A stretch of 64,000 bases of DNA from Malacoraja senta (GCA_038087875.1 JAXLNO010003415.1:62001-126000); one strand, 5' to 3'; shown: positions 9,931-23,774, counted from the stretch's first letter. Made by a program: numbers and translations. The notes: a model not told the origin generated them from the sequence alone.

Positions 9931-12609
9931 TTCTGTATGAAGATCGACTTGTGGCGAGGGAGAATCTCCTATCTGCTTCACTTTCTTACATTTCTTTTCT
10001 TTACCTCACACTCACTAGACTTTCCTTTACTCTTCATTACTTCCTTTTTTCTCATTTCTTTCTAAAAAAAAATAAAAAAGGAAGTTGTACAAAGAATGTT
10101 TTAATAATTCTGCGAACCTGTAAAAATGTACCATCAAAATGTAATGTACTTACTTCTAATAAATAAAATATTAAAAAAAAGAAAAAAGAAAAGATTGATT
10201 TCTCCAATTTTAACTAGTATCCCCCTCTCTTTCATGTGCCCCCTAACCCGATACGACACCCGTTCGTCCCAGTACCCGCCCCCCCCCCACCCATGGCCCC
10301 TTCCATCAACATCCCTCCCTCTGGCTTTACATTTCACTCCTTTTCTTTCCTCACCTAACAGAATTTTGTCTCCTTTTCATCTTTCGCCGTTGTCATTATT
10401 CCCAACCATTGGACAATCACCCTTCCCCTCACCCGAATCCACGTAATACTGGTGTTGGGAGGAACTGCAGAAGCTAGTTTCTAACGAAGATAGACATAAA
10501 GAGCTGGTGTAACTCAGCGGGTCAGGCACCATCTCGGAAGAAAAAATATGTGACGTTTCGGCTCGGAACTTTTCTTCAGACTGAAAGAAACGTCACCTAT
10601 TAATTGTATTCAGAGATGCTGCCTGACTCGCCGAGTTACTCCAGCACTTTATGTCTATCCACCTATTACTTGCCAGGATTTATTCCGGCCCCACGTCTCT
10701 TTTGCAGCTTTCTGCCTTTAATACAATCAGAATGAAGAGGGGCTCGACCGAAATTGTAATCTGTCAATTCCCTCCACAGATGCTGCCTGACCCACTGAGT
10801 TCCTTCAGCACGTTGTATTCCGATCCTAAAACATCGTGCTATTAGTTTAAAAGCGAAGATTTAGATGACCGGGCAGTGTAAGGTTCCAAACAATGGAGCG
10901 TAATGTTCAATATAGTTTACTCCATTTTGCCCTGTTAATTGAACTCAAACAGAAAAACCTGGAAATATTCAGCAGGTCGGGCGGGCCTTTGAGAAACAGA
11001 GTCAATATTCCAGGTTGAAAGGCTACTCCAGATCTTACCAGTAAGAGAGATAGAGGAAAAATCCAAGTCATGTCACGGTAGACTCTGAATATCTAAAACT
11101 AGAACAATTTTGATTGAATATTTTCCTAAAAGATGGACTCGGTTTCTATTCTCACAGCTGCTGCCTGACCCATCGAGTATTTCCTGCATTTTGGGTTTAC
11201 ATTTTCAAGTTTCAGCATTTGCAGATTTGTGTTTAGATTATCACTTTTCAAACGGCAATAGTCCAATCTCAGTCCCCAGCGTTAAATATATGTTACAATC
11301 AGATGACAATTTAGCGGGCTTTCTGTACGAATAGCAGAATCATTGAAATGTACAAAGAAAAAGCATAAAATGGAGATACACGGAACTACAGGTGCCAGAA
11401 TGTTGAACAACACATAAAGTGCTAGAGGAACTCACTGGGTCAGGCCACACCCGTGGAGGGAATGGAGAGACAAGGTTTCGGGTCGGGATAATTTGACAGA
11501 ATAGAGAGCAATCAGCCCATCGCGTCAATACTGGCCCAGCAGCCTGTGCTAATCCCACCTAACTGTTAATGGTCCCTGCCAGACCGGTTAGGGCTCTTCA
11601 ACTGTTGCAATGTGAAGGCCACAAGATTGTTTCTGAAACGTGGCGACACTTTGTGTTCTATATCAGAAGTGTACTATTATTAGAATAAATGGTTGAACAC
11701 ATTTATGTGTGACTGTGGTTATGTATAACATGATTTTACTGAATTGATAGCAAAACAAATAATGTCACTGTATCTACCTACTTGTGACAATAAAGTACCA
11801 TGGAACCACTGAGTTTCGGATCACCATCATTTATTGAGTGAATACAAGTATTTTTAATGATCCATCTACCAACGTCCACTCGTTACAGGGGCACGGCTGC
11901 ATTTTCACCTCTTTGTTTTCCCCAAGAGATAATGTGTTGTGTTTAATAACGTTCCTATTTCAGTTAACTTAAAATGGAATTACAAAAAGAACAAATAATG
12001 GTGGCAACACTCGGCAGGTCAGGCAGCATCTATGAAACAAGAAATAGAAATTATGTTACGGGACGAAAGTCGTTGGTCAGAACTGATAGAAGATGTGAAT
12101 CTCGCGGGAGAGAGGTGCAGAACTTCTTTAAGACATGGGTATTCCTGGAAAGAGCAGTGGCAGTGAATTAAACATTGATGGAAAGACGTGAAGCAGTGCA
12201 GAACCTGACGGCGCTGCTACGAAATTCCAAACCATGCTGGGTAAATGTTGAAATGTACTAATAAGAATCGTACAGGTGAACAATTTACATCTAGCCGAGA
12301 TGCAGAGAGCTTGAAACGATAGCATCGGGTTATTGTCTATCCATTACATCAAGTACTGGAGATGTGGTCTGAGCAGTAGAAGCCATGACCGCGTATAAAG
12401 TCAAGAGGGGAATGGATAGGATGAATGCACAATGTATTTTACCCAGATTAGGGGAATCAAGAACCAGAGGACATAGGTTTACGGTGAGAGAGGAAATATT
12501 TAATAGGAACCTGAGGGGCAACCTTTACACTGAGACGCTGACATATATGGAACGATCTGCCAAAGGAGGTCGCAGCGGCAGGTACGAAACTGTGACAACG
12601 TTTTAAAGG

Positions 12610-13420
12610 GCGTAAGAAGGAACTGCAGATGCTGATTTACAGCATTTCTGGAGAAAAAGAATAAGTGAGGTTTCGGGACGAGAACCTTTTTCAGACTGGG
12701 AGACAGGGGAAAGGAAAGATATAGCAAGTAAATAGAACGAATGAATGAAGGATATATAAAAAGCAACGATGCTCAAGGAGATGTGGAACCCACAACGGTC
12801 CACTGTTGGTTGTGGGATAGGTAATAACAAGTTATACAGACTGTGAAACTCAACAGGACGGCAGTGAAACTAGTACGACGACTAGGGTGCGGGAGCAACG
12901 GAGAGAGAAGGCATGCAAGGGGTTACTTGAAGTCACATAAATTTATATTCATGCCGCTGGGTGGTAAGGTGCCGAAACGAAATATGAGGTGCTGTTTCGC
13001 CAATCTGTATTTGGCCTCACACTGATAATGGAGGAGGCCTGGAATAGAAAGGTCAATATGCGACTGGGAAGGGGCTTAATCGTGTTTGGCAACTGGGAGG
13101 TCACGTATGTCGAGGCGGTCTGAGCGAAGGTGCTCAGCAAAACGATCGCCGAGGTTGTGCTTGATCTCGCCGATATATAGGAATCCACAGCTGAAACAAC
13201 TGATACAGTAGATGATGATGCAGTAGGTGCAAGTGAACCTCAACTTAGGTGCAAATCTCGTGAAAGATTTGTCGGAGTCCCTGGACAGAGTCGAGGGAGG
13301 AGAGATTGGGACAGGTGTTGTATCTCCTGCGGTTGCGGGGGAAGGTGCCTGGGGTGTGGTTGGTTCCGTTGGGAAGGGATAAGTTAACCAGAGAGTTGCG
13401 AAGGGAATATAGAAACATAT
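12610..13420 (-). mobile_element. Penelope-like element, GIY-YIG endonuclease region
   Basis: ORF 13076..13492 contains IIYCISC..CGFLYIGE..LGDRFAEHLRS. Confidence 0.8.
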
Positions 13421-14460
13421 AAGTAGGTTCAGAAATATGCCATTCGGCCCTACAAGCCAGCACCGCCATTCAATATGATCATGGCTGATCATCCAAAATC
13501 AGTGCCCCGTTCCTGCTTTCTCCCCATATTCCTTGATTCCGTTAGCCCAAAGAGATATATTTCCCTATCTCTTGAAAACATCCAATGAATTGGCCCCCAC
13601 TACCCTCTGTGGCAGATAATTTAACGGATTCACAACTCTCTGGGTGAAAACGTTTTTAATTTCCATCCTAAATGGCCTACCCCTTATTCTTAAACTGTGA
13701 CCCCTGGTTCTGGACACCACCAACATCGGGCACATTTTTCCTGCATCTAGCCTGTCCATTCCCAAGAATGTTATATGTTTCTTTTTTTTTATCGACATCT
13801 CAGTCCTAAATGGCCTACCCCTTATTTTTAAACTGTGACCCCTGGTTCTGCACTCACCCAACATCGGGAAAAATTTCCCTGCATCTACCCAGCAATCCCT
13901 TAATAATGTAATATGTTTCTATAAGACCCCCTCTCATCCTTCCAAATTCCAGTGAATATAAGCCCTATCGACCCATTCATTCATGATATGTCAGTTCCGC
14001 CATCCCGGGAATTAACCTTGTGAACCTACGCTGCACTCTCTCAATAGTCCTTCCTCAAATAAGGAGACCAAAACTGCACACAATAGTCCAGCCGTGGTCT
14101 CACCCAGGGCCCTGTACAATTGCAGTAGGACCTCCTTTCTCCTATACTCAAACCTTCTCGCTGTAAAGGCCAACACACCATTTGCTTTCTTCACTGCCTG
14201 CTGCACCTGCATGCTTACTTTCAGTGACTGATGTACAAGGACACCAGGTCTCGTTGCACCTCCCGTTTTCCTAATCTGACACCATTCAGATAATAATCTG
14301 CCTTCTTGTTCTTGCCACCAAAGTGCATAACTTCACATTTATCCACATTATACTGCATCTGCGCACCCATCCAACCTATGCAAGTCACCCTGCAGCCTCA
14401 TAGCATTCTCCTCACAACTCACACTGCCACCCAGTTTTTTTGTCATCCACAAACTTGGAG
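13420..14460 (-). mobile_element. CR1 LINE 3' fragment with an internal tandem duplication of the RTRGHSL segment
   Basis: QVQQAVKKANG..FEYR motif; the cctaaatggcctacccctt...gacccctggttctg block occurs twice (about 13670 and 13805). Confidence 0.85.
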
Positions 14461-15289
14461 ATGTTACATTTAACTTTTTCACCCATAGAGTTGTAAATCT
14501 GTGGAATTCTCTGCCACAGAAGGCAGCGGAGGCAATTCACTGGGTATTTTCAAGAGAGGGTTAGATTTAGCTCTTCAGGTTAAAAGAATCAAGGGATATG
14601 GGGAAAAAAGCAGGGACACGGTACTGATTTTGGATGATTAGCCACAATCATATTGAATGGCAATACTGGCTCGAAGGGCTGAATATCCTACTCATGCACC
14701 TATTTTCTATGTTTCAATGTAATTCCTTCATCTAAATCATTAATGGTAGAGATTAAATCATATGAATGGATAGTAACGCTGAGAGTGATTTGGGCCAAAC
14801 ACGACCAAATGGAACCTGCTGAGATGGGTATCTTGGTCGGCATGGACGAATTGGCTGAGAGGACTGCTTCCATGCTGTATGTCTCTATGAGTCTTGTTTC
14901 ATTTTATTTAAATAATCATACAAGCAGGACATATTACCTATTTTTTATGCATTATTATGGAATTAAAGTAACTATATGTACAGAATAATCGTATGGTTTG
15001 GAAACAGAGGAGGGCACCCAAATAGAACAAGTAAGATTTGATTAATGAAATTCAATCCATCTGTATTAATTAGAAAAAAACATCGTGTTGATATCAAACA
15101 AATTTAAATTCCAACGAAACATTGAATGGGCCGATATATGAACTATGAAGATACATGAACATAAAGAATGTGGAATTATTCAATCAGATATAACATTGCA
15201 ATTTTTGCTCGGTATCATAGCAAGTCGTAATAAAGACCTAGAAGACAATTGTTCAAAATGGGGAGATAATTCAGAAATCGGAAGTGCAA

Positions 15290-16260
15290 AGGGGCTTGGA
15301 ATTGCCAGTGCAGGATTCCGAAAAGGTTAACATTAGTAAAACCAATGAACTGATTGCAGACTTTGGAAGAGGAAGGACGAGGACCCACAACCCTGTTTAT
15401 ATCAACGGGACGATGGTGGAGAGATGGTGGAAAAATTTCAAATTCCTTGGCGTGCATATTTCCGAAGATCTTTCCTGGACCCAGCACACTAAATAAAGCA
15501 CATCAACGCCTCTAACTCCCTAGAAGATGAAGGAACTTCGGTATGTCAAAGAGGATTCTCTTGATCTTCGACAGCTGTACAGCAGAGAGCATATTGACTG
15601 GTCGCATAATGGCCTGGTTCGGCAACTTGAACGTCCAGGAGCGGAAAAGACTGCACAAAGTTGTGAACACTGCCCAGTCCATCACCGGCTCTGACATAAC
15701 CCACCATCGAAGGGATTTATCAGAGTCGTTGCCTCAAAAAAGGCAGCCAATATCATCAAAGACCCCACCATCCTGGCCACACATTCATTTCACCCCTGCC
15801 ATCAGGAAGAAGGTACAGGAGACTGAAAACTGTAACGTTCAAGTTCAGGGACAGCTTCTTCCCTACAGCCATCAGGCTATTAAATACCACAACCTCAAAT
15901 AANNNNNNNNNNNNNNNNNNNNNNNNNNNNNNNNNNNNNNNNNNNNNNNNNNNNNNNNNNNNNNNNNNNNNNNNNNNNNNNNNNNNNNNNNNNNNNNNNN
16001 NNNNNNNNNNNNNNNNNNNNNNNNNNNNNNNNNNNNNNNNNNNNNNNNNNNNNNNNNNNNNNNNNNNNNNNNNNNNNNNNNNNNNNNNNNNNNNNNNNNN
16101 NNNNNNNNNNNNNNNNNNNNNNNATTTTCCTCCCTCGTTTCTCATATTGTTTACAGTGCTCTATGTTTACATATTCTGTTGAGCTGCAGCAAGTACCAAT
16201 TTCAATGATCCATCTGGGACATATGACAATGAAACACTCTTGACTCTTGACGACTCTTGA
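15290..16260 (+). mobile_element. Rex-Babar LINE 3' fragment spanning a 221-N gap
   Basis: [23 protein letters not shown] motifs; tail atgacaat..(actcttg)n after the gap. Confidence 0.8.
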
Positions 16261-17242
16261 GTCTATAAATCAGGGTTTGACGGCACTGGGATGACATAGT
16301 GGGCCCGTCCTATTTGCCTACATTTGGCCCATTTGGCCTCTAAACCCTTTCATATATTGTTCCAAATGTCTTTTAAAAGTTATAATTTTATATACGGGCA
16401 TAAATTCTCCTGGCCGCTCATGTCAGATACGGATTACCGTCTGAGTGAGAAACATTGAGGTCCATCTTCAATCTCCCCCCACTTTACTTAAAGTTATACC
16501 CTCCAGTTTTAGAAGCTTCTACGCTGAACCTGTGGACGTTTACATTATTTGAATATTCTCTAGATTTTCCAAACGAGGTTTCACAGTACCTACGGTTACA
16601 GTGGTAAGAGTGTTTGTGTAAATATGATTGGGGGCATATTTACATCGAGTTTTTAACCCCATCCAAGGGCGGTTAATAATGTCACTTTATCTGCTGTCCG
16701 TTTTCTCCGTGTGTCAAACTGTGTTTATATCCCACGGGTAGAATTAAATCAGCTTAATAAAAGAATGCGGTGGAATGAATACGACAAATATTAAATATTT
16801 TAAATATAAATTGTAGGTCAGATAAGTGCAAACCAGCAGAATTCGTGTGTTTTTCTTCACTGTTATATGAATCTGTCATCGTTGTATTTATTAAAGTGTT
16901 ATTATTACTGCATGTTTACACTGTGAGCTTCATTTGAATGAGGAACGTTATCGCATCCAGTAATATAGACAGTCAAATAATTTGAACCTAATCCATAATC
17001 AAATATCGTCACCTTTAACACGGTTGACCCATCACCGTAATTTGACGCTTTGGAAATATTTTGTTCAGAAAAAACAAGGTCTCCGATCAGCAGCAACAAA
17101 CATGCCACAATGTAGCTTGTTTGTTCAAATGTCTGTAATAATACGTGTCTTGAGTTTCAGTTTGGGAATAAATAAGGACACATTTTGATGGAAAATATTT
17201 CTTTGTCCGTGAAGCTTTCGAACCAGACTGCATCCAGTCAAT

Positions 17243-17312
17243 ATGGAACAACCGATAATAATACGGATAGAAATAGTCTACTATCCTATACTTGGAACAA
17301 TTGGTGTACCCG
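17243..17312 (+). CDS. Second GPR139-like GPCR, coding exon 1 only (MEQPIIIRIEIVYYPILGTIGVP)
   Basis: Same length (70 nt), same phase-1 donor (G|GTAAG) and the same YPIL..IG.P motif as exon 7837-7906; no exon 2 was found downstream. Confidence 0.8.
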
Positions 17313-18389
17313 GTAAGAGATTATATTTTAGTTAAGCTCGTTAATGCTTTAAATTTTAATTTTACCTGTCGTTGGTATATAATTATCTATACATCGATGT
17401 GTTTATTTTGTGCACATAAAATTATGTCTTATTTGCTGATAATTCTGGTCGATTGCTAAGGTGACCATCTGAGATAAGGATGTTTAATGTAAATTTTGTT
17501 AACATATTATTTTTATCCTTGAATGACAATATTATAATTTTGCGTCTGAACGAAATATGTTTTTATCGTATGATTGTACAACCAAATCAACCATTATTAG
17601 AAGAATAACAATGGTTATTATTAACCGTTATGAATAACCATGACGCTGCTTTCCATTTAATGGGACCCCCACCGCCCACAATAAATGCCCAGACCCAGAT
17701 ATTGCCTCTTCTGTCACCCTTAGATCATATCGGACTTACAGATTTGTCAGGGCAATGACAGACCTGACTTGTCGCCAACCAAACCAAGCAGCAGCCAGGC
17801 TGAACACCCTTCTCGTCCACTCAATAATATGTAGCGCTAAACGCGATTGGAGCAAACGTGCAACACTTTCCGCTTTTCACCGACGTCAACTGAGAAGAAA
17901 CTCGGGCAGATATAAAACTAATTTAAAAAGTTGCTGCGTTTGCTTTTGCGTTCGCTTGAACAACATTTAGCTGGGACATCTGGGAGTCCTGCGAAAATAA
18001 CTCATTGTTGGTGCGTTACCGAGTGCTTGTTCTAAGCGTCACAACAGTAGATTACGGAGACAAGGCTGATATATACCACGTGATCACGAGATGTCCTCAT
18101 CTTTATGGCGCTGTGGGAGGGAACAAAGGAGAGGGAATTAACTAGGAGGAAAGGTTAGACAATCTTGGGTTATTTTCCCTCGATTTGGTGGTGGGGGGGG
18201 GGGGGGGGGTGGTGAGGAAAGACCTGATATAAATGTGCAAAAATGACGAGACGCATATATAGTATAGACAGTAACTCTTTGTTCCCAAGAAGAAGTATTA
18301 ACGACTAGAGGGCAAGGTTTTACTGGGACACTGTCAAGGTTTGAATGAGATGTGCGGGGTTGTATTTTTAACATAACGTTGTTTTTTCA

Positions 18390-18590
18390 TCCTGTGACCG
18401 CGTGGGATTTCTCCCGGTACTCCGGATTTTTCCCATATTTCAAAGAAGTTGTTTGTAGGTTAATTTGGCTCCTGTAAATTGTCCCCAGAATGTAGGAAAT
18501 AATTAGTTTATGGGTGACCTTTGGTCGGCTTGTACTCTGTGGGCCGAAGGTACTGTTTCCACACTGTCTCTCTGAACTAAACTAAACTTT
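18390..18590 (+). mobile_element. HE1-type SINE body and tail
   Basis: gaccgcgtggg..ctccgg core and gggccgaagg..gtttcc..(aaact)n tail, shared with other SINE copies in the window. Confidence 0.7.
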
Positions 18591-18699
18591 AAAATGTATA
18601 TCTTCTAGTCTTTGACATTTCTGCACTGGGAAATCATGTTTTTAACTATGTACCTCGTGATGTTATATTCCTCTAAAGGTCTTCCGTTTATGCCACAGA

Positions 18700-19350
18700 A
18701 TCTCCCGTCAGTCCCCATAACTAACTATTCTGATCGTTTCCCAGCCCCACACAGCCCGGTTTTACCTTCTCCCCAAAATCCACAAACACAACTGCCTGAC
18801 AGACCCATTGTTTCTGCCTGCTCCTGTCCCACGGAAATGATTCCCACGTATCTCGATCCCATCATATTCCCCCTGGTTCAATCTCTCCCGACCTATATCC
18901 AAGATATCTCACAAGCTATTCGTCCCTTTAATGACTTCCGCTTTCCGAGCTCCCTCATCTTTACTATGACGATCAGCCACTCTACCCCTCCACCCCTTAC
19001 CAGGAAGGCCTGAAAGCCCTCCGTTTCTTACTCGACCACAGAACCATCCAATGTCCCTCTACTATCACTAATCCGCCTAGTGGTGTTGGTCCTCACCCTC
19101 AACAATTCCATTGACTCCTCACACTTCCTCCAAGTCCAAGGCGTAGCTATGGGCACCCGCATGGGCTCCAGCTATGCATGCCTCTTTGTAGGGTACGTTG
19201 AACAATCCCTGTTCCAGTCGTACACTGGCTCTATCCCTGAACTCTAACTCCGTTACATTGATGACTGCATCGGTGCTAATTCCTGCACTCATGTAGAACG
19301 CATCGACTTCATCAACTCCACCATCAGTTTAAGATGGTTAGCTAACATTG
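18700..19350 (+). mobile_element. Penelope-like element RT fragment (decayed)
   Basis: GVAMGTRMG.SYACLFVGYVE and RYIDD motifs. Confidence 0.8.
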
Positions 19351-19779
19351 GAGAATTCAATGTTCACACCAATCTCCAATGTTACCTAACTATCTTAAAC
19401 ACCCCATTCCCCTCCACTCCTTCCGTCCCTCTCTTCCCTGTGGCCCCCTGGCCTCGGACACTTTATTCCAACAACCCCCCCCCCAACCCGCGCTCCCTCC
19501 CCCCCCCCCCCATCCACCTACTTTTCATATTCTGGCTTGACAGTTCGCAAAACTTCTATCCATATTTCACGGATTATATGTTTCAATTCTGGCATTGTGT
19601 GCAACCATCTGCCTATCCACCAACCCGTCACATGTATCCACCTATCACTTGCCAGGTTTTATCCTGTCCTTCCTCTCCTCCAGCAACTCTCCCCTTCCAC
19701 AATCGGTCTGAACAAAGGCCCCGACCCGAAACGTCCAGAGATTGTGCCCGGCCCGCTGTGTTACTCAATAACAGTAGAG

Positions 19780-20290
19780 TCTTACCACGAGTAGGACTGT
19801 CCACACATTGTTTTAAGAAGCCCGCGTGGATACATCTAACAACTTCTGCCCCTTTAGATCTTAGTAAATCTCTGTCAATATTGGGGAAGTTAATGTCACC
19901 CACAATGATTACCCTGTTGTTTTTGCATCTTTCCGTCATGTCTGCCACTGCCCATTTGGGGGGGGGGGGGGTCTAAAATAAAATCCAATCAAAATGATTG
20001 CACATTTTTTTATTTTATATCGCCTTAGGAGATGAGTCCCCACCCCAGTATGTCCTCTCGGAGTGATGCAGTGTTATTGTCCCAGATTAGTAAAGAAACT
20101 CCACCACATCTCTATCACCTGTGAAGTATTGAAACCCTGCCACGTTGAACTGCCACTGCTGCCCCTGTCCCAACTAAGTCTCCATAATGGAACAATATCA
20201 GTGTTCCAAGTACTGATCCACGCTCTCAGTTCAATCACTTCACCCACGATATTTCGTGTATTCAAGTAAACACACTTCAGGAACCAGTTT
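19780..20290 (-). mobile_element. CR1 LINE endonuclease-region fragments
   Basis: LNTRNIVGEV.ELRAWI..DIV and VIIVGDINFPNID motifs. Confidence 0.75.
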
Positions 20291-20734
20291 CACCACTTTT
20301 ATTAACCTCTCTCTACCTGTCCTTCCCTTGAGATTTACTGGTCCTAATCTCTACCTTCACTTCAGGCCTTCCATTTGTTGACTTTCTATTCTGGTTCCCA
20401 CTCACCTGCCATTCTATTTTAACCCTCCCGAATAGCCTTAGCGAACTTCACTGCAAGGACAATGGACTCCCATAGTTCACGTGCATCCCGTCCCACTTAC
20501 ACAGGTAAACTACACACCTGAACAACTCATCAGCCACGCATTCATATGTCCTATCCTCCGATGCCTATCCTTACTAGCCTATGACACCAGGAGTTATCTG
20601 GAAATGACGTTTTACCGAACTCTCAATGTGTACTCTAGAGGACCGCATCCCTTTCCCTCCCTCTGTCATTTATGCCAATGTGCGCAAAGACTTCCTTCTG
20701 CAACCGCGACCCTTGGCACCAGGGAGCCAACACA

Positions 20735-21250
20735 ACTCTTCAGTTTAGTTTCTTGTCACGTTTACCCAGGTACAGTGGATTTTTCTGTTGCGTGCTAACC
20801 AGTCAGCAGGAAAACAATAAACGATTACCATCGATCCATTTACAGTGTATAGATACATGATAAGGGAGCAACGCTTAGGGCAAGGTAAAGCCAGCAAAGT
20901 GAAATCAAGGATAGTCCGTGAGGCATCAAAGAGGTAGATAGTATTTCAACACTGCTCCCTGTTTGTGGTAGGATGATTCAGAGCCTGATAACATCTGGGT
21001 GAAACCGTCCCGTAATCTGGTGGTGTGCTTTTTCACACTTCTATACCTTTTGCCTGATGGGAGAGGGGATCAGAGGAAGTGGCCAGGTTGCGACCCGTCC
21101 TTGATTAAGCTGCAGATCTTGCCGAGGTTGCGTGAGGTATAAATGGAGTCCACAGAAGGGAGGTTGGTTTGTGTGGTGGCCTCGGCTGTATCTACAATTC
21201 GCTGTAATTTCTTGCGGTCCTGGATGGAGCTTTTCCCAAACCAAGCTGTG
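20735..21250 (-). mobile_element. Rex-Babar LINE 3' fragment
   Basis: Homologous to the Rex-Babar C-terminus (HPGH..LPSGRRY..); carries a gtgacaagaaactaaac tail. Confidence 0.65.
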
Positions 21251-23758
21251 ATTAATCCTGGGTAGACAAAATGCTGGAGAACCTCAGCGGGTGTGGGTGA
21301 GGCAGCATCTATGGAGCGAAGGAAATAGGCAACGTTCCGGGTGGAAAGCCTTCTTCAGATCTATCCTGACCTAGTTTGCTGCCACAGAACCTCCTATCAC
21401 TTACGATCACCTTCACCCTAGTGCTTTATTCTCCCCCGCTGTGACTCAGAGCCCGCGGCAACAAACCTGACAGCACCTGGTGCTCTCCCCTGACCGGACA
21501 TTTCCTCCTAACAGTATCCAGGGGATGTTTTAGAACGCGACAACATAGAACTATTATGAATGAATGATCGATGGTCGCGGTGGACTCGGTGGGCCGAAGG
21601 GGTTGTCGAACTATGTTGTATCATTCAATTAATCAAAGCATTCAAGGCATTTCTGTTACTGCGGTTTTTAGTACGTAAGCTGATCTGATATGCACGGCTT
21701 TGTATAATGCTCTCTCATTGAAATCGTAATAAAGACTGATGGTTCACTCCAGACTTTGTAATGGATCTTCTACAAACATGGTGTCAGAATGTTTGAACCA
21801 ATTCTCCAGCTTATTGGCCTGAGTTTATTTTAGTTTGGTTTTGTTTTGGTGCCCCGGTTCGTGCCATGATATGGGCCTGGTCACCTTCGGTAAAGCCGTG
21901 CACCAGCTGTCCACCATCCAGAGTCCTGCTCAACAAATACTCTCACAGTACATGGATCTTTTTGACAATAAACTGGGCAAGCTCCCTACCAAGTACACTA
22001 TTATAGCCGACCCGGATATCGCACCACTCGTTCGTCCCCCCCCCCACCGAATCCCCCACGCAATGAGGGACCGCGTCAAAAACGAACTGGACAGAATGGA
22101 AGCATTGGGCGTGGTTGCCCCTGTCAATGACCCACCTGTCTGGGTTTCCACCATGGTCACAGGCACCAAGAAGAATAAAGACGAAATAAGGATTTGTATA
22201 AACCCCAGGGACTTAAACACTGCCATCAAACGTCCAAACCACCCAATGCGGACAGTGGAAGAAGTCGTGACACACCTGGAAAAAGCAACGGTATTCTCAG
22301 TCCTAGATGCAAAGAGCTCATTCTGGCAGATTCCGCTAGTCCACGCATCCTCCATGCTAACCATATTTGGAACACCTTTCGGACGATATCGTTTTTTACG
22401 CATGCCGTTTGGTATTGATTCAGCTAGTGAGGTCTTCCAGCGCACTATGGAACAGTTCCTTGCCGGGTACAATAGACAATAGACAATAGGTGCAGGAGTG
22501 GCCATTCGGCCCTTCGAGCCAGCATCGCCATTCAATGTGATCATGGCTGATCATCCCCAATCAGTAACCCGTTCCTGCCTTCTCCCCATATCCCCATGAC
22601 TCCGCTAACTTTATGAGCTCTCTCTTGAAAGTATCCATGTGCTGTAATTGTGGACGACATCCTGGTCGCCGGGCGCGATGTCCATGAACACGACTCTAAC
22701 CTAAAATTAGTCCTAGATCGTGCCAGTGAGGTAGACCTCAAACTCAACCCGCGCAAGTGCAGGTTTCAAGTCAACGAGGTGAAGTACGTGGGTCACGTAT
22801 TCACCAGCAACGGCCTCAATGCGACCCTTCCAAGAACATTGCCATCAGCGAGATGTCGGCTCCTGCAGACCTAACTGCTCTGCAACGATTTCTCGGCATG
22901 GTAAACTACCTGGGAAAGTTCATCCCAAACTTCAGCGAACTCTCAGCCCCGCTGCGGCAGCTAACTCACAAGGACGCGCACTGGTCCTGGCACGAGCAAC
23001 AACAGAGGTCGGTCGCCACCCTCAAACAACAAATGTCTTGTACTCCCACCCTCACAGACTTCGATGTCGAGCAGCCCGTCACCATAACTTGCGATGTCTC
23101 CCAGTACGGGCTGGATGCTGCCTGCCTACAAGACGACGGTAAGGGTCCCCGACCTGTCTCCTCTGCCACCCGCACCATGTCTGACACACAACAGCGCTAC
23201 GCTCAGATCGGAAAGGAACTGCTAGCCGTAACTTTCGCCTGCAAGAAATTCAAGGACTTTATCTTTGGGAACCCGGTCACAATTGAAACCGACCACCAGC
23301 ATCTGGTCAGCATCCTGATCAAACCAATACACGCGGCCCTGCGCGCTTACAACACATGATGATGGAACTACAAAGGTATAACATGAAACTGATTCACAAA
23401 CGTGGAAAGATCATGTATCTAGCCGACAGCCTGTCACGGGCCCCGCGCAGCACCTGCGAGAAGCACCTGTCAGACGACGATGGGTATGTGGTCATGATGG
23501 TCTCTTACCTTCCTTCCGCGTGTTTAGACCTTGCAACACAAACGGCTGCGGACGAAACGCTACTCGATGCTCTTAGGCTGTGGGCCGAGCATCAGAAATG
23601 TGTCTAGAATCCAGTTTTCGTGACCCAAGTCACCAAACTACATGACATTTTCCACAGATTTAGATGAAATATAAGTGAGAAGGATGTCATAACTCGTCAT
23701 TGCCAAACGCTGCACATTAATTAATTAAACTAATTAGAAAATAAGATCGGGAAAGTAA

Positions 23759-23774
23759 GCGCCATCTAGTGGCC
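23759..23774 (-). promoter_or_regulatory. CTCF core motif GGCCACTAGATGGCGC inside the DNA transposon
   Basis: Match to the established CTCF core consensus CCASYAGRKGGCRS; binding is not shown. Confidence 0.55.

Noticed and set aside
16905-17220. Minus-strand text resembling an Ig V-domain end (NVSLFIPKLKL..DTYYY, YGDGSTVLKV)
   Set aside because: Needs frameshifts, lacks the canonical Cys and Trp, has no splice or RSS signals, and lies antisense just upstream of the GPCR exon 1.
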